Shown here in pieces: positions 9,896 to 19,993 of a stretch of 22,285 nt of DNA (position 1 is its first letter; each line of letters begins with the position of its first letter). The position numbers were made by a program, and so were the translations under genes. The stretch comes from Octopus sinensis (Eukaryota), in the NCBI RefSeq assembly GCF_006345805.1, contig NW_021836975.1, positions 1-22,285 on the forward strand. The letters run 5' to 3'. The notes under the pieces were generated by a model. It was not told the origin of the DNA and searched no databases. It saw nothing but the letters and a program-made list of their open reading frames with translations.

Positions 9896-11041
9896 TAATT
9901 ATTCAGCAAAGGGAATAGAATGTTATATATATATATATATATATATATATACTATATATACAAACATATATATATATATTATATATAATATCTATTTTAT
10001 ATATATACATATATATAAATCTATATATATATATGTATATATACATATATACATATATATATATATATATGCATAACTACCTATTTATATATATATAAAT
10101 ACGTATGTGTATATGTAAATATGTATACGTAAAAATTATATACATCCCAAATATACATTTTTATTTAAGTATGTATATATATATATATGGACACATACAC
10201 ACTCATATATAGTTGTATATGTGTATATATTATATATTATATATATATATATATATATATTAGATATATAATAATATATATGTACACACACACTCATATA
10301 TATATGTATAGTGTATATATATAAATATAAATATATGTATATAAATATATGTATGTATATATGTGTATATATATAGTATATATATATATATATTATATAA
10401 GAAATATATAATATATATAATATATATATAATATATATATATATTATATATATATATATTAAATGGAGATAGATAGATATATAGATAGATATGTATTCAT
10501 ATACTTGTATGGGTGTATGAAATATGTATATATATATTTATGCACGCTCACGCTACACCACACATACACACACACCAAACACACCACACACGCACACACA
10601 CACACACCACACACACACCCCACCACACACACACCATATATATATATATACACACCTTAGAACTGTATTATATTTTCGTTCCAAAAATCAAAGCCACAAA
10701 TTTTCTGAAGTACAATTTCTTTTTTTTTTCCTTTTGAAACTTGGCAACAAGAGAATTACTGGAAATTCCCCCACCAGCGTCATCTCCATCACCATTCTCA
10801 TCACCATCAACTTTACCATCATCACCATCAACACCGCTGACACCATCATTAACAATCTAAAAAAAAAGAATAACACCACACGCACAAAAATTAAAGAAAG
10901 AAGGACAATATACCAAACCAAATATGGATGTTACTTGTATTGTTCGCGCCTTTATAACCTTGGGAACGTGATATCATTATAATATCCATGCTATATTCGG
11001 TAATTGTATTAAATATATCACAGCTATTGTATCTAGTTAAA

Positions 11042-11134
11042 ATGGCGGAGAGGCGTATTTTTATTTTCGGTTTGTCGTCATTGGATTTCTCTTCGCTCAC
11101 TTGTGACGTTTGTATACCATCCAAACTGCCAGAG
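11042..11134 (+). CDS. Candidate first exon of a host gene (MAERRIFIFGLSSLDFSSLTCDVCIPSKLPE, phase-0 donor); product unknown
   Basis: AAAATGGCGG (YY1-type motif with a good Kozak context) at 11039-11048; consensus donor AG|GTAAGT at 11133-11140; non-repetitive CpG-containing sequence; TATA-like TTTATAA near 10950. No homolog recognised and no downstream exon confirmed. Confidence 0.4.
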
Positions 11135-11389
11135 GTAAGTTTTGTCTTTCATGTTGGTGGGGTGTCGCTTAAATATTTACTAATTAGAAAGAGAGAGATG
11201 TCGAAGTGTTCCTCTGTTTCGTCTCCGTGTATTGTGGCATTGTTTAGAGACGTTAAAAATAAACAATTGTTACAATTGGTTCTAAATTCTGAGTTTGAAT
11301 CATCGGGGAGTCAGCTTCTGTGGACGATAAATAAAATGATGGAGGTCGCTTACATTGATGCTTACATAGACGTGCGGTTAAGAAGCTCG

Positions 11390-11495
11390 CTTTAAAACCA
11401 TGTGGTTTCGTGTTCATTAGTACTGCGTGGCAACTCGGGCGAAATTTTTCTTCTAAAGCTCAAGTCCGATTGAATTTGATACACAGAAACTCGGC
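11390..11495 (+). mobile_element. Degenerate type M SINE fragment
   Basis: AACCATGTGGTTTCGTGTTCATTAGTACTGCGTGGCAACTCGGGCGAA resembles the type M head ACATGGTTCCGGGTTCAGTCCCACTGCGTGGCACCTTGGGCAAG. Confidence 0.55.
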
Positions 11496-11661
11496 AAAAG
11501 GCCGTTGTGCATCCGGATGTGTGTTTTATGGAAACTTCTTACAAAATTCGGCTGTCTTCCAACCGCTTTAACTATCATTCGCAAATACCACGATTAATGC
11601 TAATCAGAGTCTCTCTCAGTGGAGCATCTTCAGAGCAATTCAATGTTAAATCGGGAGACAA

Positions 11662-12040
11662 AAATTTGAACTCAGACGTAACAGCAGACGAAATACCTAT
11701 TTCTTTAATACCCACAAGGGGCTAAACACAGAGAGGTCAAACAAGGACAGACCGCCGGATTAAATCGATTATATCGACCCCAGTGCGTAACTGGTACTTA
11801 TTTAATCGACCCCGAAAGGATGAAAGGCAAATTCGACCTAGGCCAAATTTGAACTCAGGACGTAATGACAGATGAAACACCGCTAAGCATTTCACCCGGT
11901 GTGCTAACGATTCTGCCAAGTCGCTGCCTAATAAGGAACAGTCGACCTCAGTGAAATTTGAACTCTGTGTAAGAATACGTAAGAAATGCCGCAAAGTATT
12001 TTTTCCGATTTGCTAGAGACTCCACCAGCTCGCCGCGTTC
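11662..12040 (-). mobile_element. Type B SINE (type A head and centre with LINE-like tail) at 11698-11930, flanked by partial head copies (11662-11697 and ~11940-12040)
   Basis: Plus strand TATTTCTTTAATACCCACAAGGGGCTAAACACAGAGAGG..ATCGACCCCGAAAGGATGAAAGGC..TTTGAACTC..GCTAAGCATTTC..GCTAACGATTCTGCC; a second TTTGAACTCAGACG..GACGAAATACC abuts the tail. Confidence 0.88.
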
Positions 12041-12189
12041 CTAAGCTAGAAATTATTAATAAGGAGGTCGTATTGGTAGAATTGTGAGAGAGTATGTCTT
12101 AATGCTTTGTGAGATTAGTCACGTCTCTTTGTCTTCTTTGTTTAAATCCTGACGAAGACGACTCTGCATTTCATTTTTTTATTTTGCAT

Positions 12190-12404
12190 TCTTTATTCAA
12201 CCACTACATCTCATCGGCCACGTTGGGGCACCCTCTTGAAGAATTTAACCGATTAACTTGACGCCAGTACTTCTTTTTTTGTTGCAAAACCTTGTTCGTA
12301 TTCTAGGGCCCCGTCGAATCGCTAAGCTACATGGACGTAAACATACCAACAATAGTGGAGGTCAAATACAAACACTCAGACACACTTACACACACACACA
12401 CACA

Positions 12405-12463
<59 letters not shown>

Positions 12464-12620
12464 CGACAGATTTCTTTCAGTTTCCGTCTGCCAGACACAT
12501 TTACAAGGTTTTGATCCACCAGAAACTATAATAGAAGACATTTGACCAAGGTGCCACGTATTGGGACTGAGCCAGGAACCATGTGGTTGCGAAGCGAACT
12601 TCTTACCACACAAGTGTGCC
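12190..12620 (-). mobile_element. Type M SINE, diverged near full-length copy
   Basis: TTCTTTCAGTTTCCGTCT, CAAGGTGCCACG..GGGACTGA..GAACCATGTGGTTG..CTTACCACAC; internal (CA)n(TA)n as in 5064-5452. Confidence 0.85.
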
Positions 12621-12629
12621 TATATTTGT

Positions 12630-13150
12630 AAAATCGATCGAATTTTATCATTCCAGGGTGTCGGATTGTGTGAATTTCTTAGCAAATCAGGCATGATGTT
12701 ATGCAGTGCCTTCTTCGTCACTCGGCAGTCTGGCGGCAATAACATTCTCACTTGTACCAAATGGTATAGACTTTGTTTCCTCCTTGAAAAAAGGTATATA
12801 AAAAGTAGTATATCGGTGACATAGGATGTGGAGACATACAGACTTATCTTCCAAAAGAAGTTTCAAAACGTTCGTCTATTCAGTAAGGCTCCAAGCCAAT
12901 ACTGTTCTATGATCCACTGCCCCTGTGATAGTTCTAAATTCTATTCTGTTCTATTTCTTCTTTTGTATTTCGAGTGTTTTCTCTTATTCGATTATGTAGA
13001 CTTTCAATCCCTACTAAACCTATTCCCAACACTGTATCTTCGGAGAATCTCACGGATGGTGAGATAAGCAGAGTTTGAAAATCCAACCAACAACTTCAAT
13101 CGCCTAAGGACCAAGCATGCGTAGCTCGGGGTTAATAACTGATGCGGACG
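12630..13150 (-). pseudogene. Possible highly decayed non-LTR reverse transcriptase fragment
   Basis: One minus frame gives PELRMLGP*AIEVVGWIFKLCL..EFRTIT..SENVIAARL..HHA*F..SIDFT, reminiscent of RT N-terminal motifs, but the spacing is not colinear and there are many stops. Confidence 0.3.
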
Positions 13151-13442
13151 GAACGTACACACACATATATACGCACACACACGCATGTATATATATATAT
13201 GTATGTATATATATATACATACATACATCTATCTATCTATATCTAGATATGTAAACACACACATATATATGATTCTATGTGTATATATATATTAGTTTAT
13301 ATATATATTTAAACACATACATTCATATGCGTATGTATGTAATTTAATATATATAATATACAGAGAGAGAGGAGGAGATAGAGAGACTCGTATATATGTA
13401 TATATAATATATATATATATTACTCATCTCATACATATTAAA

Positions 13443-13483
<41 letters not shown>

Positions 13484-14268
13484 TATATATATATATATAT
13501 GTATATATATGTGTATATATATATGTATGCACACACACACACTATGTAAACATTCATATACTTATACACGTGGCTTATTTATCATTGCCTGCTTGTTATT
13601 TGCATTTGTTGTTTTGCCGTTCCGTTTTAAGTTTATTAGCCTTTTGACAAAATATAATCAGATAAGCTCTGCAAACAACTAACAACAACACAAACACACA
13701 CAAACACAAACACACACACACACACGCACGTACAAACGAATTCGAGAAATAAACATAAGCCATAAACCATCTCTCCTCGTATGCGACATGCGAATTTCTG
13801 CCAGCGTTAAAATTCCGCTAAATAATATATATTTCCCTAAATATGACATAATTGGCAAACTTAGAATCGTTGCAAAGAGAATTTACGCTAAAATGAATTT
13901 TTAACGACGAAAATATTATTAAATTTTCGCTTGTATTTATTTATAGAATTAGCTGTTTTCCTGCTACGTAAGATAAGCAAAAACAGAAACAGGGGATAAT
14001 TTTTAAACCAGCAACAGTTATAATGAAAGCAAGCAAAGTTGTTGTTTGTTTTCGAAATTGACTTAGCTCGTGTATGTTTTTGTTTATCGCTTCTCCGAGT
14101 ATTCCTTTTGACATTTAAAACCCATTTGTCAACATGATTTAGTTATGCTCTGAGATATTCCAGCAGATTTTGCTGATTTCTGTTGCGGGTTCCTGCAGAT
14201 CAAGCTGATTAAGGCAACGCGGATTTCATTCGTACATATGTACTTACACATATACGTACGAACGAATG

Positions 14269-14302
<34 letters not shown>

Positions 14303-14659
14303 ATATATGTTGTGTGTGTGTGTGTGTGTATGTGTGTATTAACAAATGTACAATCATACATACATATATATATATATAAATATGCGTATGTATATAAACG
14401 CATATATTTGCAAGCACACGCACACATATAGAGTATACTTTTATATACATTCGCAAACACACACATGCACACACATACATGTGCATATTTACAAACCTGC
14501 ATTTTTAAAATTAAAAATAGTGTATGTATATATATATATTTATACATACAGACATATGTATACATATTCATATATACATATATGTGTTTATATATATATT
14601 TATGTATACACATACATAAATGTATATATTTACTGCATGGCTGTATATATATATATATA

Positions 14660-14714
<55 letters not shown>

Positions 14715-14824
14715 TGTGCCTGTGTGTGTGTGTTTATGCGTGCGTATATCTATACATATATATTCACACACATTACCCATTATATATATACATTATTTAC
14801 ATACATATGAGTGCCTGCATGTCT

Positions 14825-14856
<32 letters not shown>

Positions 14857-14881
14857 CTATATCTATATATATATTTATGAA

Positions 14882-15868
14882 TCTCTCTCTATATATAAAA
14901 CTGAGAAAGTGTGTCTCCTGTTTGTCTGTCTGTGTGTTTCCCTAAAACTTGAGAACTACACAACCAATTTCATTCAAATTTTACACATGCCTTACTTGGG
15001 GTCCATGTAGTTTCATGGGCAAAAAATGTTCAACTTCTTGCCTAGATCGAGCCCATAGCAATATCATATCTTCTCCACTATTTCAGTTTTACGTGTTAAA
15101 AGTGAAACAAAAACATTTCTCTATTTTATGTCAGATACTTTCACTTTAACAATAAAAATAATAAAAATAATAATAACAATTGAATTATATGTAGTAAGTA
15201 ATAATTAAAATCAAACTAAAGTATAATATAATCGTAACATAACAAAAGTAAAAATAGCAATTGCTATAAAATTTGCATCAATGATTTGAACTTGAATAAG
15301 TGGTTTCACATGAATGGGAATAAATTAAAAATAAAATTAGCGTGCAGAAATGGAATACTCCAGATGGATAATAAAAAATTAAATTAAAGAAAAGACTATT
15401 GTCTATAAGGTATACAATGTAGAGAAAAAAGAAGATTTGAACACCTGGAGGAAAGCACCATCGAAAAGTGTCTTGGTGCGACTATGAAAGATATCTAACC
15501 AGAGGCGGTAAATTCGCCACAATAGAAGCAAGGTTCGAGTCAACGGTGCGTGCAAGGGAGTACTCGACTCGAACTTGCAAAGTGGAAATATTATATTTTT
15601 GCCTTTATATCTGGGACGTAGGACGTGCCGGATAAAAATTTAAAATGCCCCCCCCCCCACGAGAAGTTGAGGTAGGCTGGATTGTAGCCATACTTCTATA
15701 CAAGAGGGAGGACAAGATACAATTGATCAAAATTGCAAGAGACAGGCTTTATATTTTGAGTATTGTTATCACTAGCGATATCAAGATATAACTTTGTATT
15801 TTGTATTTTATGTGTAGATGTATATATATAGATGTACATGACCCGGCAACGACGGGTCATAATGCTAG
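14882..15868 (+). mobile_element. Non-autonomous Helitron, apparently complete (987 bp)
   Basis: 5' A|TCTCTCTCTATATATAAAA followed by TGTCTGTCTGTGTGT..AAAACTTGAGAACTAC..CCAATTTCATTCAAATTTT, a typical Helitron-N 5' end. The 3' hairpin ATGACCCG-GCAACGA-CGGGTCAT (15838-15860) is followed by AATG-CTAG|T (CTAG 15865-15868). A|T target site, no TSD. Confidence 0.85.
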
Positions 15869-16136
15869 TATATATAAATATAGTTAGATTGATAGGTAGA
15901 TAGAAAGATAGATTTTCGCTATTTTTCAAAATACGTGTTACAAATATACTGACTTTCTCTGATTTGAACTGGCATGGTGAGTCTACTGCCGTGAGAAAGA
16001 ATCACTTCAAAACTTGGTGTTTAGGAATTTTCTTTTACATCAAGTTCAAAATTTTACGACAGCCGTTAAACTGCCAGTACATTGCTGTCCGTCGTTAAGA
16101 AGTTTTGAATGCCAGGCTCGGAATGTTTTGAATGCA

Positions 16137-16646
16137 AATCCTCGGAACATTCCAGGAAATACCCTAATCCTCGGAATTTTCAAGGAAGTAATTTTCCCTA
16201 ATCTTCGAAACTTTCCAGTAAATACCATAATCATCGGAACTTTCCAGGAAGCAATTTTCCTTAATCCTCAGAACTTTCCAGAAAATATCCCAATCCTCGG
16301 AATTTTCCAGGAAGTACCATAATCCTCGGAACTTCTCAGGATATACCATAATCCTCGGAACATTCCATTAAATACTCTAATCCTCGGAACTTTCCAGGAA
16401 GTACCCTAATCATCGGAACTTTCCAGGAAGCAATTTTCCTTAATCCTCAGAACTTTCCAGAAAATATCCAATCCCCCGGAATTTTCCAGGAAGTTACCAT
16501 ACCCTCGGAACTTCTCAGAAATACCATAATCCTCGAACATTCCTTAAATACTCTAATCCTCGGAACTTTCCAGGAAGTACCCTAATCATCGTAACTTTTC
16601 CGGATGTAATTTTCCCTAATCCTCGGAACTTTCCAGGAAGTACCCT
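16137..16646 (+). repeat. Minisatellite of 17 units of ~29 or 34 bp (consensus AATCCTCGGAACTTTCCAGGAAGTACCCT) with a higher-order 6-unit duplication
   Basis: Units start at 16137, 16166, 16200, 16229, 16263, 16292, 16321, 16350, 16379, 16408, 16442, 16470, 16501, 16528, 16555, 16584 and 16618. Block 16229-16407 is repeated as 16408-16583. Confidence 0.96.
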
Positions 16647-16840
16647 GTAGCCCCTTGTGGTGAGTAAAGAAATAAGAAACGTTAGCACGCCAGGCGAAAT
16701 GCTTAGCGGTATTTCGTCTGTCTTGACGTAATGTATTCAAATTCTGCCGATGTCGACTTTGCCTTTTATCCTTCCGGGAGGATCAATGAATTAAGTACCA
16801 GTTACTTAATTTCGGGCCTTGTGCCTAGAGTAGAAAACAA
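16647..16840 (+). mobile_element. LINE-like tail (16647-16674) joined to a head-truncated, internally deleted type A SINE (16675-16840)
   Basis: GTAGCCCCTTGTGGTGAGTAAAGAAATA|AGAAACGTTAGCACGCCAGGCGAAATGCTTAGCGG..TTCAAATTC..GGGCCTTGTGCCTAGAGTAGAAA. Confidence 0.88.
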
Positions 16841-17089
16841 TACACGTTATAGAACAACACCGAAAAGAATGAATAAAGAAGCTAGAGAAGAAGAATGCGA
16901 TAAGGGCCAACGCTTAATGCCACAGAGTCGATTAAGATACATCCACTGGAACCGTGACTATTAAATAACTATTGCTTTGCTTCCTCGTTTCTGTTTGTAT
17001 TAACGCCATATTTACTGTCAAGTATTGACTATCGAACTATCTGAGAATATTTATTTAACGAGATCTTTTTTTTTTGGTGGTTTATCAAT

Positions 17090-17242
17090 ATCGTTGTCAT
17101 CACCATCGTCATCATCGTCTTCATTATCATCATCGTCATCACCATCATCAAAATTATTTTTGTTGTTGCAGTTGTTGTTGGTGTTGTTCTTGTTATTGTT
17201 AAAAAAAATTGTCATTATTATTATTACTATTATTATTATTAC

Positions 17243-17281
<39 letters not shown>

Positions 17282-17541
17282 CAATATTATATTATTATTA
17301 TTATTATTATCATCATCATCTTCATCACCATCATTCTCATTGTTCTTATTGTTATTAAAATTAATATTATTATTATTATTAATATTATTTTGTATTTTTC
17401 GAAAATCATCATCATCATTAGCATTAATATTATTTCTATTGTTTACCGATGTTATTGTTATTATTATCATTAGTATTATCATTACTATTTTTATTATCAT
17501 CATTATTATTGATTTTCTTCTTCTTCTTCGTCTTATTATTA

Positions 17542-17590
<49 letters not shown>

Positions 17591-17692
17591 CGTCATTTCT
17601 ATTATTGTTGTTATTATTATTATTATCATCATTATCATTTCTATTATCATTATTATTGTTGTTGCTGTTATTGTTGTTGTTGTTATTTTGAT
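17090..17692. repeat. Long (ATT)n/(ATC)n/(GTT)n compound trinucleotide repeat
   Basis: Direct reading; it generates the spurious poly-I, poly-L and poly-N ORFs. Confidence 0.97.
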
Positions 17693-18369
17693 TTAGAAGT
17701 ATTCGATTTTTTTCTGCGTACCATTTGTTGCTTTTTTTTCATTTTTCTTCGTTAATATTCTTTTTTAAAAATGTCTTTTTTTTTGTTAGTGTTTTATCGC
17801 ATCAAACTACTGACTTCCTACGTAACATTCGATCGTTTGTAGTATTATCGATTACACATTGTCTATTGCAAATCAATATACATAACTGTTGTATATACAC
17901 ATATACGTCTACGTCAATGTATATGTCTATAAATATATATGCATATATTTATAAATATATACATATATAGATACATATATATATATACATATATACATAC
18001 ATACATATATATATACATATATACATATACATATATACATATGCACATATATATATATACATATACATATATATATATAAATAAATATATATATAGGTAT
18101 ATATATATATATGTATATATATGTATATAAATATATACATATATATACATACATATATATTAATGTATGTATGTGCATGGGGGAGGGGGTGAGACAAAGG
18201 GTGTGACTGAAAGACGGCGGGTGGGGAAACCGATAAAGAAAAATCTGTAATAAATATTTAAATTTACAGAGATCGAACGTCCATCACTTAAAGGCCACCA
18301 CGGCGAAGACCAGCTGTAGAGGTGGCGTCGCTGCCAATACCGCCCAGTGCTACGATCCTCTTTGTCATC

Positions 18370-18750
18370 ATTGCTGTCACCAGTCAGCAGTAGTAGCAGC
18401 AGCAGCAACGTCAGAAGCACTGTCAGCACCATCGTCACCAATGTCATAGCCTTCTCCGCTTCTACCACCACCGTCCTCACCATCATAAGCCATTCCATCA
18501 CCCCTACCACCACCACCACCACCATTACTACTGCCACTAAAATAACCACCCCACCCCCACCATCACTAACAACGACGCCATTACCACGACATCCACCTCC
18601 ACTACTACCACTTCCATTATCACTAACAATACCACCACCTATACCACCACCACTACTACCACCACCACCATTACCGCTTCTGCCACCACCGTCTTCCTCA
18701 TCATAAGCCATTCCATCACCACCACCATTACCACTACCACTATCACTTCT
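18370..18750. repeat. (ACC)/(ACT)/(CAG)-rich cryptic simple repeat with an internal ~65-bp duplication (~18455-18520 vs ~18675-18740)
   Basis: CCGCTTCT(A/G)CCACCACCGTC..CATCATAAGCCATTCCATCACC occurs twice. Confidence 0.85.
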
Positions 18751-18764
18751 CCCTCATACGAAAT

Positions 18765-19030
18765 TGCTGGCCTTGTGCCAAAATTGGAAATCAATATTTA
18801 TCCAGAGTTAAGGAGATGAGCTGGCAGAATCGTTAGTACGTCGGACAAAATGCTTAACGGCATTTCGTCCGTTTTCACGTTGTGAGTTCAAATTCCACTG
18901 AGTTCGACTTTGCCTTTCATTCTTTCGTGGTCGATAAAATAAGTACCAGTCGAGCACTGGGGTCGATTTAATCGAGTTAAACCTCACCCAAAATTGCTGG
19001 CCTTGTACCAAAATCTGAAACCAGTATTTA
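18765..19030 (+). mobile_element. Type A SINE (18810-19030) preceded head-to-tail by the tail of another copy (18765-18800)
   Basis: AAATTGCTGGCCTTGTGCCAAAATTGGAAATCAATATTTAT..GTTAAGGAGATGAGCTGGCAGAATCGTTAG..GAGTTCAAATTCC..AAATTGCTGGCCTTGTACCAAAATCTGAAACCAGTATTTAT. Confidence 0.9.
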
Positions 19031-19093
19031 TCTTCACTTAAAAGTGACCGTTGCATTAGAGCACAAAATACTACGTTATTAACCTCTTATATA

Positions 19094-19228
19094 GACTTGT
19101 GGTGCATATAAGCACGTGTGTTTATAACGTTAGTGGGAGATAATCGGCTGCAACCATCACCGGAACTACAAGGCCACGTGATTTTGGTCTACCTTTCGAC
19201 ACGAGTGCCTGAATAGACACTGGGATTA

Positions 19229-19271
<43 letters not shown>

Positions 19272-19426
19272 GACGGAGAAATCGCTTCTGTATCTAGCCG
19301 AGAACGTATATCATTGACAAGGTCAAGAAAGGTCGAAATCAGGTGACCTGGTTGCTCCGGCAGTGGTAGCAGACGATAACCTCCCGCTAGCGATATAAAC
19401 ACACCTACTTATATGCTCCACAAGTC
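19094..19426. mobile_element. Fold-back MITE-like element with ~110-bp imperfect arms and a central (TA)n
   Basis: GACTTGTGGTGCATATAAGCACGTGTGTTTATA versus the reverse complement of the right end, GACTTGTGGAGCATATAAGTAGGTGTGTTTATA (30 of 33 identical). Similarity continues inward (GGGAG..ATCG.CTGC.ACCA..CCGGA..CAC.TGATTT). Confidence 0.85.
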
Positions 19427-19446
19427 CACTTTTAAGTGGGGCTACA

Positions 19447-19809
19447 TATCTATTTCTTTACTGCTCAGAAGGGGCTAAACACAGAGGGGACAAACAAGGA
19501 CAGACAAAGGGATTAAGTCGATTACATCGACCCCAGTGCGTAACTGGTACGTAATTTATCGACCCCGAAAGGATGAAAGGCAAAGTCGACATTGGCGGAA
19601 TTTGAACTCAGAACGTAAAGACAGACGAAATACAGCTAAGCATTTCGCTCGATGTGCTAACGTTTCTTATTTCTTTACTGCCCACAAAGGGCTACAGGGT
19701 ATTCCCTGGAAAGTTCCGAGGATTAGGGTATTTCCTTGAAAGTTCCGAGGATTATGGAAAATTGCATCCGGGAAAGTTCCGAGGTATGGGGGTACCAGCT
19801 CGCCGCCTT
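19447..19809 (-). mobile_element. Type B SINE whose tRNA-like head is split by a 127-bp insert (19668-19794) made of 3 minisatellite units plus a LINE-like tail
   Basis: Sense reading: AAGGCGGCGAGCTGG|TACCCCCATACCTCGGAACTTTCCCGG..AATCCTCGGAACTTTCCAGGGAATACCCTGTAGCCCTTTGTGGGCAGTAAAGAAATA|AGAAACGTTAGCAC..body..TTTAGCCCCTTCTGAGCAGTAAAGAAATAG. Confidence 0.92.
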
Positions 19810-19909
19810 ATATCTTTAGCTAATAATACTGCTTCTGTCCAATAAATTATTTATGTTCAAAGTTTGGGTCTAACCGAAAGCAAAAAAAAAGAAAGGAAAG
19901 AAAAACCAG

Positions 19910-19993
19910 AAATCGTTGACCTTGATGTCCCACCTAAGATCGAACTTATGGCATCAAGATCGTGAAGTGAACGTCTTAACGGTTCGGTCATAC
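19910..19993 (-). mobile_element. Old tRNA-derived SINE head remnant
   Basis: Reverse complement GTATGACCGAACCGTTAAGACGTTCACTTCACGATCTTGATGCCATAAGTTCGATCTTAGGTGG has A- and B-box-like motifs at tRNA spacing. Confidence 0.55.

Noticed and set aside
10988-11395. Full 135-aa ORF as a single-exon gene
   Set aside because: It reads through a consensus splice donor at 11135 and has no recognisable domain; only the ATG-to-donor part is kept as a candidate.
12657-12793. Internal exon GVGLCEFLSKSGMMLCSAFF.. in phase with the 11134 donor
   Set aside because: The composition looks like the antisense shadow of a decayed TE frame, and the donor (AG|GTATAT) is modest; not supportable without RNA data.
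14209-15010. ORFs of 100-181 aa rich in Y/I/H/T/C/V (also 3000-5600, 8100-10980, 17900-18200)
   Set aside because: Translations of (TA)n/(CA)n/(TG)n microsatellites.
16137-16646. CRISPR-like array of ~29-34-bp repeats
   Set aside because: Units are contiguous with no unique spacers, there are no cas genes, and the context is eukaryotic; it is a minisatellite.
17025-17696. Long ORFs of 223 and 199 aa (poly-I/L/N/D)
   Set aside because: Produced by (ATT)n-type repeats that lack stops in some frames; no coding signal.
18160-18711. 183-aa Gly/Val-rich and 119-aa Pro/Thr-rich ORFs
   Set aside because: Both overlap the (ACC)n cryptic repeat on opposite strands; low complexity explains the openness.
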